Below are positions 36,034 to 49,715 of a stretch of DNA of 64,000 nucleotides, one piece after another. The notes under the pieces were generated by a model. That model saw only the letters and a list, made by a program, of their open reading frames with translations, had not been told where the DNA came from and searched no databases. The DNA comes from Oikopleura dioica (Eukaryota > Animalia > Chordata). The stretch spans positions 2,253,929 through 2,317,928 of the forward strand of contig OU015570.1 in the NCBI GenBank assembly GCA_907165135.1, read 5' to 3'. Both the position numbers and the translations under genes were made by a program. How positions within the stretch are numbered: the stretch's first letter is position 1; each line of letters starts with the position of its first letter.

Positions 36034-38304
36034 TTAACTAATTCTTTGTTGCAGCACCTGATCCTTATGCTCGCAGTTCTAATCACAGACCATGATACTT
36101 AGGATTTAATCCTCTTTATTGCTCCTTGCTGTTAAATGGTTGCAGAACACAGGGTTAAAGAAAGAGCTCCTTCGATCTTCGGTTTTTCTTCTTCCAAAGT
36201 TGGCCAAGATCTACAGCAGCTCGGTAGCGTGGAACTCCTGTGAAGAATATGGCTTCTTGGACTGAGGATCTCGCTTTCTCCTCGTTCTATAGGCGAACAA
36301 ATGACCGTAGTCATTTGTTTTCTCATCCATGGCTTGTTCCTTGCAGTAGCTCTTTTCCTCGCCCATATGCATCAACATCCCCTGTGAATTGATTCTTCCA
36401 AACTAGGGTGGTAATATTTTTTCCACTTTCGGTGAAAATAGGTCCGAATGGTCTTGCTAGATTTGTTAGATCCTAAAAATTACATTCCCGAAGTTTCGTC
36501 GAAAATTTTCATCTGAGACGTGATTTATGGCAAAAAACATGATTTTTTTGCATGTCATCGGGAAAATGAGTCATAACTCTGTGATGAGTCATGATGACGT
36601 CATCATTATTAGTAAGAAAACAAAGAACAGTGTCTAAGCTTCATTTTCAATACGGGTATGAAGACGTCATCATGACTCATTTCGGAGATATGAGGCGCTG
36701 AAGATGGACAATGCCATTTTTTCAATAAAATCCGATCGGTTTTTGAAAAAAATTGTTAAGAAAAGGGTGGTTCCGGAGTGAGTTAGTACCCATACAATAA
36801 AGAAGAACGTCTTGCGCATCTTTTGAGCCCATATTGACCAAAAAATATTTGTCGGAACCCACTCAAAAAAATCGATGAAAAAAAATTGAAAAGTGAAATT
36901 TCGCCAAAATCAGAAGGAAACATTCTTGGACTGCACAAACCCATTTCAACCACTCGTTTACCTTAATTTACTGCTCTAAACTCATAAGAAATCAAGAAAA
37001 TCCAGAGGAAAGGCTTGATAGCCCTTGGCCAGCGCCATGAATTGCTTCCAAAAGCAACTCCCAAGAAAAGGTTTCGAAATAGCGCACTCTTTTATTTGTC
37101 ACCACATATTTGGAAAAGATTCTTCAGTCCATTTTTCAGTTCTTTCTGAAAAGAGCGCAGTCTATTTTCAGGCTGCTCTGGTAACAAACAAGCATCCACT
37201 CATACTGTTCGCGGCGCTCGCATGACATTAGCTTGAACACACTCTGAAAACGGTGCTTCGTCTAAAAACAAACCTTAATTCTTTCCTTATCTAGGGCAAT
37301 GTAGGCAGAATTAATGCACTTTGACCGCGGCGTTGCCTAAACACAAGTTTCAACACACTTGGAACACAGATCCCTGCTTGAAACGACCTTCAACCTCTTC
37401 AGAATCAAGCGCAGTCTCCTTTTCAGTTCCACTTTGTCAACCAACAAGCATTCATGGCATTCTTACAAACAATAAGGCAATAGTTTTTCGTAACTTTACT
37501 GAAACAGCGTTTTCGACGATCTTTCACCGATGAGCTATAAGGAGATGAGTCATAATGAGTAATCAATCACGGATAAGTTGTCCGCTGATGGATCTTTTGT
37601 GATGACAATCTTGCTCGAGGAAAGATAGGGATGTCTTCCTCACTGCAGACTCATTGTGCTCATTACCGCCCTCTTTCTCAGCGTGGTCGATATAGTAACT
37701 GGTTCGATTTTAAGAATGGTTCGGTTAAGAATGGTTTGGTCTACCTCAAGAGTTTTGATTTGTCAGGATTGAAAATTTGGAGTGTTTTCATTGGCTAAAG
37801 TGATATTGCGTAGGTGTTTGAACCTATATAAGACGACGTTTTTGAAGTTTTCATCATTTTTACCAGAGATCACCTAAGAGAAAGACGAAAACGACGAAAA
37901 ATGGTTTTGTGCAAGCCCACCACGAACGATCTCTCCACCTGTTATTTTCCAGGAGAGCCAATTACGTCTGATAAAATTTTCAAGGTGCTTGGGAAATTGT
38001 TGCCGATTTCGGAGTCGTCACACGCGATGAAGCTTACGATTCATTCACCTCTACAATTCGACTTAAAATGACCGATGAGCAGAAGGAGACTGCGGCGAAC
38101 AAAGTCAAAGAGGCAAACAAGAAGCGCAAGCAGCACAAGAAAAGTATCTTTCTTGCTTACCATTCTGTGCTTTTCTCTGAATAAATCATAGATCGCTCAT
38201 ATGCCTTGTCTTTCGAGATTATTGTTTTTGTTTGTTGCTTGTAGAAAGTTGCCTTCATTTTCATTCGGAAAGGATAGCTTGATCGCGCGACTTTGTCTTG
38301 CTAA

Positions 38305-38612
38305 GGCCAGCCTTGCGCTGCCTCTCCTTGTGTTGCCAAGGCTTGCGCTGGTTCACACTGCAATTCGAAGCCCAGCACTGCCTCTCACTGCGTTGCCAAG
38401 CCTTTCGCTGCTTCTCACTGCGTTGCCCAGCCTTGCGCTGCCTTTCTCTGCGTTGCCTAGGCTTGCGCTGCTTCTCACTGCGTTGCCCAGCCTTTCGCTG
38501 CTTCTCACTGCGTTTCCTAGCCGTGCGATGCCACTCGCTGCATTACCTTGCAATGCCTCGCGCTGCCTTGCCCTTCTCTGCCCTGCCTTGCCTTTCCCCG
38601 CCCTGCCCTGCC
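38305..38612. repeat. 30-bp tandem repeat built from NNTGC-like pentamers
   Basis: Unit such as CCAAGCCTTTCGCTGCTTCTCACTGCGTTG, decaying into (GCCCT)n; explains the 10-aa periodic ORFs. Confidence 0.85.
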
Positions 38613-38796
38613 CTGATCACGATATCAGTCGGCCGTCCCACTGATACCGGGCCAAAAGCGCCTAGGACAGGGATCCCTGCTGGCGAGTTAGGCCCACCAG
38701 CAGACTTTCCTGTCAACTCACGATGCGTGTCGAAACCGATAATGTGCGATAAAGATGTACGGACGTACGCACGTATGCGGCTTTGATCATTGTCAA

Positions 38797-39686
38797 TAGT
38801 CCGGGCCAGAGTTGGTAAAAAAGTATACTTCACTCGCCCTTCAGAACAGGGTTCGGTATTTTGAATTCGCCGAAAAATTCGCCAATACACGCAGCGAATA
38901 TGCTCTTTTCTTAAGCGAATGAGCGATTGTTCGCGAATCGCCTATTCGGGCGAATATTCGCTCGAAATTGAGCGTACAGCCCTGGATTGGCTGAACTCCA
39001 TGGCCGCGGGTGAGAAAAGGGTGGCGCCCGCGAGCTATAAGGTTATTTAGGCGGTGAAGATAAAATTATAGGCTGCGCAACGTCAAAGCCCGACCAATCA
39101 GAGCGCGCGGAAATTTCTCAGAATTTCTCAGAATTTTTCAGAAATTCGCTGAATTTCTGAAAAATTCTCAGAGAAAATTCGTTTTCATTCGTTTTGAATA
39201 TTCGCTCAATAGAGAATATTCGTAAACGAATACATAGAAATTCAAATGAAAAACGAATAATTTCGCGAATTCAAAATACCGAACCCTGCTTCAGAATGAA
39301 GTTTACTTCATGAAGTATACTCCAGGGAGTTGCAGGGCTTTGAAGGGCGTGAAGTGTACTTCCGCCCTTCCCTCTACTTCAACCGCCCTTCCGCCCTTCA
39401 CTCTACTTCAACTTGGTTCTGTCGGCCACCAGAATCCATCCACCAGAATTTTTTCAAATTTTGCGCATATTGGCTCTCAGGCGCCATGATTTAAATCACG
39501 CTGATTGTAGCAGATGAAGTGACAGCTAAAGTTTTCGATAAGAACCGATAGCTGAATTATACTTCAGCGCGTGAAGTATACTTCAGAGCCATTTCGTACT
39601 TCACCGCCCTTCAAGAATGAAGGGCGCCCTGCAGATTTTTGAAGGGCGGGGGGAAGTATACTTTTTTCCAGCTCTGGTCCGGGCTG
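38797..39686. mobile_element. Older TIR element (hAT-like ends) hosting a nested MITE
   Basis: Imperfect TIR YAGYCCGGRCCAGAGYTGG...AAAAAGTATACTTC; no clean TSD. Confidence 0.5.
38847..39288. mobile_element. hAT-type MITE (442 bp)
   Basis: TIR CAGGGTTCGGTATTTTGAATTCGC, 8-bp TSD CTTCAGAA (38839-46 / 39289-96). Confidence 0.85.
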
Positions 39687-40285
39687 ATCTAGAGAGGCCA
39701 AAATTATTTTTTTTGTCAAAAATAATTTTTTCAAGGCCCCTCAGAGCTTCCCCCTATGTCCCCACCATGCCCGTCTCAGGCTCTTTGCGTCATGATCCCT
39801 CGTTAGTCATTTGGATCGCGGCGCGGGAGGCATCCTCCTCCGCGCATCGCGAGTTACGCAATGCCCCAGCGCACATGGCCAGTGAGGCCAAGGCCCGCGC
39901 AGCTCCACAAGACTCCCTCAATGCCCATATTTCTTGGCGAGGAAGACCTTTATTATATTTTTGTAAAAATAAGGGTATTACTATGTTTATTAAGGGGGTC
40001 ACTAAGTTTTTAAGTCAAAAAAAAAATGAAAAACGAAAAAAAATACTTGTTTTTAGCGTTAAAGCTATAATTTTTCTATTATTTTCATCTTTGAGGTGCG
40101 GCTTTTTTGCGGCTTAAGCGCGGCTAAAAAATAGAAGAAAAAAAGGGGACAAAATAATAGCCCTAGGGCATTTCCTATTGAAAAAAAGCCATATTTCATG
40201 ATTAAAAAAAAACTAAATTTCAATCGGCTCTAGAATTTTTCCGACAAAAAATTTTTCTCAAAATTTTTAGGGACTTCTTTGGACC

Positions 40286-43200
40286 CTAGAATTCACCCAA
40301 AAAAATATCTAGCCTCGGGACCAACATCCGGAAAAATATTCCCACCCTATTCCAAACCTTTCCTCCCATGACTCTCCTAGTCACGGTAAGAAAATAGGAA
40401 TATTCTGAATCCAGGTTGAACTCAGTAAACCTCGTGAAAAACGGCGGGCTGAGAAGGCATCCCATTATCGAATTTTGTGCCGTGCCGTGCCGGTGCCGCT
40501 GGAAAATTTTCTCATATTTCCATCCCTGTCCTAGATGAACCTTTTTCAATGGAAGTGTTGTACCGTGTGTCACAAGGAGTCGCTGTCCAGGTCTTGTTGT
40601 CCTATAATCCCCTCCTCGAGGAAGGAGAATCCAAATCACTCCCAGCTGATCCTAAAAACTCCTTGGAAACTTATTGCTTAGCATCTCCGCTTACGTCTGT
40701 ATGAAATTTCGCTCATCGTTATTTCCTTTCACCAAATACTGCTTTTCATGTAGAGTCCCTGGACGATACTCTAGGCTAGTTTTCTATGCTCCAGGAGGTG
40801 CGCCCTGAGCAGTATCGGGAACGGTGGCCGCCTTAGCCTCCCTGATGGTCTTCTTCACAGCATAATAGCCCTGTGGACCCAAGCCTGGATCCGCAGATTG
40901 CCTGGTGACGTCGGTATACTAGCAATTCCCGCCACCACATAGAAACAGGTTCAGAGCTCTCGCCCCAATCTTAGCTGGAAAGAGATTCCTCATTGAAAAC
41001 CAAGGCTTGGCGGGATCTGGCTCTTGTCCCCCGCCGATGTTAAACGTGTAGTAGCGGCTACTTTCTGTTGTCCGGTTTATCTGACTTTCCAAAATTCGCA
41101 TCTTTGTAACCATATGAGTCGGTAGAGCTGATTGTGTATTGGCCAAACTCATAAAGGCTGTGATCTTCAGAGCAGTGAGATCAACCTGATGCAATGTCTG
41201 TGTCTTAGGATCAATGTTCTCGGCGTTGTGCACCTCCATGTAAATCTGCTCGCCCAATGCTTTCTTTGTGACATCTTCTCGTTCTGCTGGGAGTCCTACT
41301 GGACTTCACCCTGTAGTTGGAACTCAAATCTTCCTTGCTCCGACTGGAACTGCTTCTCTCATTCCTGGGCATCTTCCTGCCCGGGCTGGCCAGCAGTCTC
41401 TCGTGTGCTGGGTAATGCGTGATTGCGGAATACGGCTGGAAAACATCTGGTTAGGGTATCCAAGTATCCTTGAAAGTGTGGCTGATATGCTGAGGCCACC
41501 CATCAACCTCTGGTCCTCCGAAGATTGGTCCGACCTGATCCACATCAGGTGGTAACAGGTTTGACAAAGCTCGTGGGCGATGTTCTTCTGGGCCTGAAGC
41601 TGGGATATCCAAATCTGCGCCCCACTCTGTTTTATGGGGATTTTTTGTGGCGTACAAAGACTCCAACACAGGATCTTCTGGAACTTCTTCCAATGTCTCT
41701 GGTTCTGCTGCTCGAAGATCTGCGATGGCACCCTCTGACACTACTGTTGCTGCTTCGTGTGCCGGTGCGGCGGCGTACTCCTCCACTTTTCTCTAGATCC
41801 TCCATGTTGTGCTGGTCTACTCTTGGGTACTCAGAGGCCACGGTCTCTCTGCGACATAACCGACAAACCTTATCGGTCATTGAATCTAGCAACACAGCAG
41901 CGTCTTCTATGCACGGGCACAGCTCCTCATCGCGGATCAGGAAATCTGGGACGGCTCCGAACACACTGTCCTCTTGGGATGGGCTCTCAGCTGACTCATG
42001 CTCTGGCCTGCAAGTGAAGCACCCATGTAAGAACTTCTCATGTTCCAATCTCTCCTCGCTTGGGCTTCTCTCTCGCTCCTCCTGTACCCAGCGTAATAAA
42101 CAAGGGACACATTAAACAAGGGACACATGGAGCATCCAATCACCAGACCCGAGTTTCGGACAATTAGTCCCCAGATCTTTTACTCTGGACTCTGTGTGAA
42201 ATAGAATCCCATGGAGGCCATCTTGGTACGGAGCTTTGCGAGGTCCAAAGCAGTGGTCTCTTCCTCATGTAGGACCCGCTGCACAAACAACTCATATAGA
42301 TCAACTCTACTTCTCGATTCTGACCTTGCTGATCCAAGTCTGGTCTTGCTTCTCGAAGAGCTTGAAGGCGCTCTTGAAGTGTAGAGCCAATCTCTGTCTC
42401 TCTCAATAACGGCTAAGGAAGGAGCGATTTTCCATGATTCTTCGCAGGAGCTCAATTTCATTTTCCTCTTCAAATAGGATGCTAAGCCGCTTTCGTTCTT
42501 CGCGAGTTGTCTTGGGCAGAGCGCTGCTAGTATATTCCAGAGTCCTTCGCTCTGTGTCCACTGCTCAATGTTGGTCTAATCTCTTCTTGGTGCCGGGCAA
42601 GTGATTCTGCAGTAAGATAGTAGTCTGCCTTCCGCTCTGGGGGACCATATCCTAACAACGAGGTTGCGGTATCCAGGCCAAAGTAATTCTCGGTTATAGC
42701 AGTCTCGCCTGCTTTAACGATACGCTGTCTTAGGGTCCCCATGAAGACCACTGTACCAACCAAATGGCCCTGTTGGAATGCTTCCATTACGAACGCACGC
42801 CTTGGTTTCTCTTGTAAGACAGCAGCTGACTGGGTCATGCTGAAGAAATGTTCGACTGTAAGTAAACAATCACTTTTTTAGGGGTCCTCTCGGCTGACTC
42901 CCAGCAATTGTCTAACCTCGGTTCTCTGACGATGTCGTGAGAATACGTTATCGAAGCGGGATACTGAGTAGATCACATCTGGTAGCCGTGGGGAAACGGT
43001 CGGTTACAATACCAATCGGTATTCCAATACCAATTTTGGTATTCCAATACCAAAGTCGGCAAAAAATGCAAATTTTACCAAAATTAAAAGTCGGGTGTGC
43101 GCTCCGCGCCTGTATTATACGATACTTTAGGAGTGTTTTTAATAATTTCTCGGGCAAAAAATCGAAATAGTCTAAAAAATTTGGTATTGGAATACCAAAT

Positions 43201-43430
43201 TTTGGTATTGGAATACCAAAAAAGCTTTGGTATTGTAACCGACCGTTCCCGTAGCCGTGTTCGCATCTCCTTGATTTCTCGATTGGGTTGCACCACTGGA
43301 GTCAGATAATTTCCCTCCATAGACAGGAACCCTACGTATCTTTCCTAGATCCTCGAAAATTCTCGGAAATGGAGCGCAAAAGATCGCGTCGGAAGTGATA
43401 TGAGTTAGGCTTTGTACTCTCAACCACTCC
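40286..43430 (-). pseudogene. Decayed multi-stop coding block, possibly retroelement ORF1/gag-like; unassigned
   Basis: Chain of minus-strand ORFs; 41257-40286 reads in one frame through several stops; Cys/His clusters CFTCRPEH and CRLC; no RT, endonuclease or recombinase motif seen. Confidence 0.3.
42991..43250. mobile_element. Mutator-type MITE (260 bp)
   Basis: TIR GGGAA(A)CGGTCGGTTACAATACCA, 9-bp TSD GTAGCCGTG (42982-90 / 43251-59). Confidence 0.85.
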
Positions 43431-43532
43431 AACTAGCTGCTCTCAGATAATTATCACTGAGACTGGTATCTGGCTCCCCTGAACTTATATTTTACTCAAT
43501 TATCTTCTGAGAATTGCCCCAAGAGCTACTTA

Positions 43533-43939
43533 CAGTTTTTATGGAATTTGTGGACATCAAATTTGTGGACATTTTTCAGATTATAAGGGGTTTTCTTGGG
43601 ACATATTCAAAAAAAGAGGGTATCAAATTTGTGGACATTTTTTCTCAATTGATATATTATATTTCTAAATTTATGGTCTTACTTTCGTAATTGAAGCCAA
43701 TTTTATCTGCAAAGAACTGTTTTTCGTCAAAAATCTTAATTTTTGTTTAGATTTACGTCTTTAGATTCAATCTTGTATCCTTTTCTCATTTTTTTTGAAA
43801 AAAATCATCAAATTTTCTTTCTAGGGAAAAATTTAAACAAGTTCGTTGGGACATTTTTTTCGAGGCTCTTTATCAAATTTGTGGACATTTTTCAGAAAAC
43901 TAGGGGACAAAAAATGTCCACAAATTCCATAAATAACTG
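43533..43939. mobile_element. ~400-bp Tc1/mariner-type MITE, copy 4
   Basis: TIR CAGTT(T/A)TTTATGGAATTTGTGGACAT, TA flanks. Confidence 0.8.
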
Positions 43940-45074
43940 TACGTATATTATCTGCACCATAGCATCAAACTAGCAAAGCAGCGAATTATCTAACCCTTGG
44001 CATCCTCGCCCTGAGTTCTTTTCTGCCTAGTCCATTCCTCCCTGCATGATCATTGGAAGTGCAAATCGGATGTTGTCGGTTGTTCAAGCCTCCTTAGCTG
44101 CGTGGTCCTTCCATAAAGCGAACTGTCTAGGAGAAATCTCAGTGATCGCTTAGTGTTCTTCGAGTTTCTCTGGATAATCCTTGTAGTATAAGTCCCTGTT
44201 ATCCATTGTTGGTGTCTCGGGCGTGAACTTGGAGTTGAGCTTGCTCAGCGGTGGGTTATCTGGGCTCACTGAACGCGTAGTCAAAGCTCTAAAGTGGGCT
44301 TCGTCCTGGCCTAATTATTCCTTTACCCCCTAGTCTCACTAGTCGTCCCTTCTGGCCCGACTGCCTGGCTCCCCGCTCTGCTTAAATTAATTTTTGCTAA
44401 AATACTTACTCGGCACTTGACTCCAAGAGCATGGCTTGCTTTAACGACCACTTCTTCCAGGCCTGACGATTCTGCTCCCTCTCGCCTGGCGAGTAACCTG
44501 GCTGATGGCTATCCAGCTGCTCTACTGCCTGCGCCTGCCTTGATGCCTCAGCCCAAAAGGTGCTGCTGCCGACGCCGAGGGCATATGCGCGTGTATACTT
44601 GTACAAATTCTGCTCAGACATTGATACTTGCTAAAGGACTACACTGTACTCATCTGCTACTCTATGCCCCCTTACCTGTTCTGCCTTGCAATGCATCTGA
44701 CCAAATGACTGCCTAGGAGATGGACAAAGCAACTGTTCTAGAGACTATGCGCTCTGCTTGCTACAAATGCTGCCATGATTAGTCCCTGCTAGGTCATGTC
44801 CCTGTTTCTCAACAAGAATTCTCTACCTCCAGGTTCTAGAACCCTGGTTAAGTATTCTTAGTTTATTTTTTTCCGTTCCCACGTCTTACTCTTTTATGCA
44901 CAGTGGGATGAATCAGAGTCAAAGCTGTGTCTTCGCTCAAGTGGTCGTCCACAATTCAAATCCTGGAGAGGCAATGTACTCCGCTCACGCGGTCAAGGTT
45001 TGATGGCTGCAACCCCTCACTGCGAAGACTCAGTTACTACCTTATTGTCATAGTAGCTTCTCTGTTACATCTTT

Positions 45075-45871
45075 ATAAAAAAAAACACATCTTTCGCATA
45101 GCGCAGGAAGAGCCTCTCGTTTGACTATTATCTTGATTCTCTCATATAACAGTTAGCTTTCAATATTCGTGTAAGGTTCTCCCCTCGTCCGAACCAAAAG
45201 CCTCTCTTCCACCGCCCCCGCCTCGAGCCCTATAGGCTCATAACTTTTATCACCTCGACGCCCACGAGCCTCGGGCCCAGCTCCGCGCAACTTTTCAAAT
45301 ATCACTCACTTGCCAAATTGCAGTCACAGACACAACAGCAAATCAAGAAAACTTAAGGTCAGTTCTAAAGAGATTTTTCCACCGTATCTTCGCCGAGAGA
45401 CTGTAATAAATGCTTATACTTTGACTCGAGATGTGTTTTCAGTTGTTTACGATTAGTGTGGAGTAGTTTGAAGAGTGTTACATATATCAGGCCTTGTCAA
45501 CATTTTGGTTTTTGGTACATTCATAAAAAAATAGTCAAATTTTATTGACCGTTTAAAAAAACGGAGAGAAATCGGTTAACATCAGAATTACTTAAAAATA
45601 TGCTTGATCATAAGAGTGGATATTCTCAGGATATTCGTGGCAGAAAAACAAAGGCACATTTCGGTGTTTAAAATTCTTCCACATCAAAATGGACGTACGA
45701 TTTTGCACTTTTTTTATCTAAATTTAAGATTTGGCTGATGGTGGGAAGATGGTGGGTACCAAATTTGGGGTGTACCGAATTTTGAAAGCTAACTGTCATA
45801 TGAGAGAATCAAGATAAAAGTCAAACTGAAGGCTCTTCCTGCGCTATGTGAATGATGTGCTTTTTTTTTAT
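45075..45871. mobile_element. MITE-like element with ~90-bp inverted ends
   Basis: 45075-45165 is the imperfect reverse complement of ~45782-45871; TSD unclear. Confidence 0.55.
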
Positions 45872-48519
45872 TGAGCACAACTTTAGCGCTCTTGATCACC
45901 TAAAGTTTGTGGTCGACGAGGTGCCGTATTCAGATATGTCACTGTTTAAGGGTCGCTCAACAATAATTGAGTAATACTAAGGGTGTATTTAAGATGTTTT
46001 GGTCCGTGCAAATTCGATTTCGGAAAAATGCAAAGTAAGGAATCTTGAATGGCCTGTATCTCCTTAAATCACTTAGAGTCATCACCTTAACCCGATAACG
46101 AGAGTTTGAAATTATGCGATAACGAGAGCGGGAGCACTTAGTGCACCCGGGCCATCTAGAACAATTTTCAGCAAAAAAAGGTCAAAACTGCTTGTTTTCT
46201 CGGTCTGTAAGACGGATTTTACGTCGGAATTTTGAAAAATGCTTTATCTAGAACTCTTTCTCTCTTCTTCGTCTTGAGAATTTGTAATCAAAGAGACTTT
46301 TTGTATTCTATTCTGATTATTTTCAACGAAGACTTTGAAAAGTACTTGGTGATTTTGAGCTTTTGAATACTTCCGCAAGGTAAAATAGCCTTAAATATTT
46401 TTTGAAAAGCAAAAGCATATTAAAAAATTTGGCTCCTTTTGAAAAGGAAACCTCGGCGGGGCACTGATCGGGCAAGAATCACTCCACCGATTTCGTGTTT
46501 TACCCTTGACTTCCTCCGTGAATTAACAGGAGGCAAACATTCATGCATGAACTAACGCATGGGACTAAGTTGGTTTTTTTGTGGCCATTAATTAATTGTT
46601 TGAAAGATGAAAAGTAATAATGTTTTTTCGACAAAAATAAAAATATGATATTATATAATTATTTTATAATAATTATTGAAATTATTTAATCTAAATTTTT
46701 ATGTGTTATGAAAATAAATTTCATATTTTTTTTAAAGATAGATAAAATATTTATTAATTATATTTCCGGACCGGAAATAAGAGCTTCCGGACCGGAAGCA
46801 TGTGTTTATATTAAGAGTGTATATTTATCTTTCTATTTGTAATTACGACGGCCGACTTAGACCATTTCCCTTAATTCAATCAAGTCTTGAGCAAGGTCAA
46901 GCTGGATGCGAAGGAAAGGCCAGAACCATTTGTTGAACACAGTCTTCAGCATGATTCGACCTGAATTAATCAACTTATGCAACTTACGCAACATACACAA
47001 CATACGCAAAATACGCAGCGTTCTGCGTATTTCAGGTTATTGCGCTTTTTGCTGATTTTTTTGTTGTTTATTTTTTCTAGAGCTCAGTCTTGTTTTCATT
47101 ATTTTCAATGCCTTTTCGAGCGATTACGACTGAAACCGTGTAAATGCCTGAAACCGTGTAAAGTTGAAACCGTGTAAATCTAAAACCGTGTAATTACACG
47201 GATTCAGCCTTACACGGTTTCAATATGCTGAAATTGTTTGAATCCGTGTAAAGGTAAAAAACCAATCTATTTCGACTAAAACCATGTAAAAATTCCCTAA
47301 ATGACTAAAACCGTGTAATTTTTTTCCTCAAAAATTTTTCTTTCTCGTCTGTGGCGTTTTAACTTTTTATTTTAGTGAAGACTGATGATGCAAACGATTG
47401 AAGAAACAATGAAGTTCATAAAAAGTTGTTATTCTTCCTTGTTTTCATCAATTCTTGCATTTTGAAAATAAATTTTTCATTCAAAATCAGTTGCAATCAA
47501 TGAAGTCCAAAAAACTTGCAAAAATAAGAAAAAAGTACGCAGTAGTTCTTAAATGATCGACATGCATTTGGAGAACCTTCGCATTTCTTTAACTTGAATT
47601 TCTTTTTTATTGACTTCAAATGAATATATCCAAATAAAATTGAAGTGGAACTGACATAAAATTTCGGATAGGGTAAGAATATAAAGTCAAGAATATTGCT
47701 GAGCTAGTTCTCTGCATACACATTGAGCACTGAAAAGAAAGAACGGAAAGTGTAATGAAAATAACTTCGACCGGTATTGAGAGCGGTAAGCTGAAGGAGT
47801 CTCCAATGATAGATGAGAGTTTGACTCACAAGTTGCAGGATCAGTCGAGTTTGATTTACAATGGGCCGACCGAGTAGACGGCGTAGGAGGCGATACTGCA
47901 GTGGTTGTCCTTGTTTCATTGGAGCTCGATGTCGGTGAAGAGGAGTTAGTTGAACGTGTCGATAGCCTGAATTAATAAATTTAGATTTGAAAAGTGTCTT
48001 GCTTCTAGAATTCTAGTGATAAAAGTTGTGATCCTACAGGGAATTGTTACTCCTACATCTTGGAGTCAAAAAAGGATGAAAAAAGAGAAATCGTCAGATA
48101 AGAAAACAAGTGCAAAGCACAAAGAAGCCGAAAAGAAAAAAGCTCAAAAAAGATCGCGGGATGAGTTTGACGGATATCACCCGGTCATTCAACCTCCAAG
48201 CCTTCCAAAAGTGATGGATCATTCTGAGTTCGCGACATATTCGGATCCGGAGGTAGAGTTCGATGATCAACGCAGATTTTTTACTTGCATAGGCCAACCC
48301 CTAGTTTACAGGATAAACGTCGGCAAAAATCTGAATTTAGCAGGATAGACTTATAAACTATCAATCATTCAATTCTTTAAGTTGCTCTCGATTCAAACGC
48401 ATTCAAATGGCAAAAACGTTTCATTCTTCATATGTTTCATGGCGTCAATTTTCCGTTTTTATGGAAGATCGGCGCGGGATTTCAAGCGCGTAAAACTGAA
48501 ACCAACTGATCAGTATTAT

Positions 48520-49715
48520 GATGATAGTCATGGTAAAATTTGTAATTATTGATACAATTGAGATATTATTTAAAGCTTTTCAATGGAGAATAAATCTTCG
48601 TTGTTTTCGATGTTTCAAAACTAAAGAAATGGCAAAAGACGAATCTTTGTGCAATTGCTCAATTCAAGCATATGCAACTTCGATCACGAGATCTCTAATT
48701 GGAAATTGCTCCCTGTTAAACGACCTCATGCTGATGAAGATAAATGCCGAGTAAAATACACTGACATTTGGAAATTTTACGTTGGATATATGGGTCAAGA
48801 AAATGCAGCTAGCGCCAGTGGGTTGAATCCGAAGGCATTTAGAAATTTAATGGAGAAGGAAAGTTTGAAATACCTTTATAATAGAGGATTATGTAGTTGT
48901 TGTTGTCCTTGTGGCAGTTATTGTTATTGTTCCATTCTTCTTTACTAATAAAACAATCAGAAAACTTGAAAAGCATCTATCTGTTGACATGGCAGCCGAA
49001 ATATTTGGTGGAAAGAATGCAAAAAATGTTCGTCAGAACGCAAACTACCACAAAAACAAATGCCCAGTCGACGAGGAAGAAGCAATCGTAGCCAAAGCAT
49101 ACCGTGTTATTGATTTTAGAACCTGGTGGGCCGATCCTTGCTATCCCAAGTACCAACATTCAGTAACGGGTCAGATATCATACCTTTAGAATAGATAATT
49201 TCTCCATTTTCGTCGCATACTTTGTACTCATCTATGTCTTCAGGCTTCAGAGCACAGCCTTGTTTTCTTTCTCGCTCCTACTCGATTCCAATAAAAGACC
49301 AAAGATTCTTTCTAGCTGACTGAATCTTTTCCATCAACAGTCCATTTTTACACGAGTACCATTCAGTATTTTCACAACAAATATTACTGTAGCCTTCGAA
49401 AGACAAGTCTCCAACGCATTGATTGTTTGTCTCCTTCAGCTCTCTAAAAATATGAATTAATATCTGAGTCCTGAAAAGATTTCTATAAAAAAACACAGTT
49501 TTTGTGTACGAGTACTGGTACCGCTGCCTCGCGCAGGCGACTTGTTTGTTTATTGGTATGATGATAATTGTAAACCTTTTATATCTATCTATATTAAGAC
49601 GGAATGTTTACAATATGCTCGCGAATGGGGCACATTCAACAGCTTATTGTAATAACCGAGGGGATAAGATGCGGAGACAATTGCTTTCGAGGCTTTGCGG
49701 CGCCAAGATACTATA
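48520..49715 (+). pseudogene. Intron-containing MULE (Mutator)-like transposase, 5' part, disrupted by element B
   Basis: Splicing the 43-bp GT-AG intron 49556-49598 gives CLFIDGMFTICSRMGHIQQLIVI, matching the MULE first-Asp motif DGTF...QL; upstream Cys-rich segments are degraded. Confidence 0.65.

Noticed and set aside
38201-38786. Leu-rich and Cys-rich repeat proteins
   Set aside because: Artefacts of the 30-bp minisatellite, open in several frames and on both strands
47700-47966. Ser/Thr-rich exon-like frame on the minus strand
   Set aside because: No start, partner exons or homology evident
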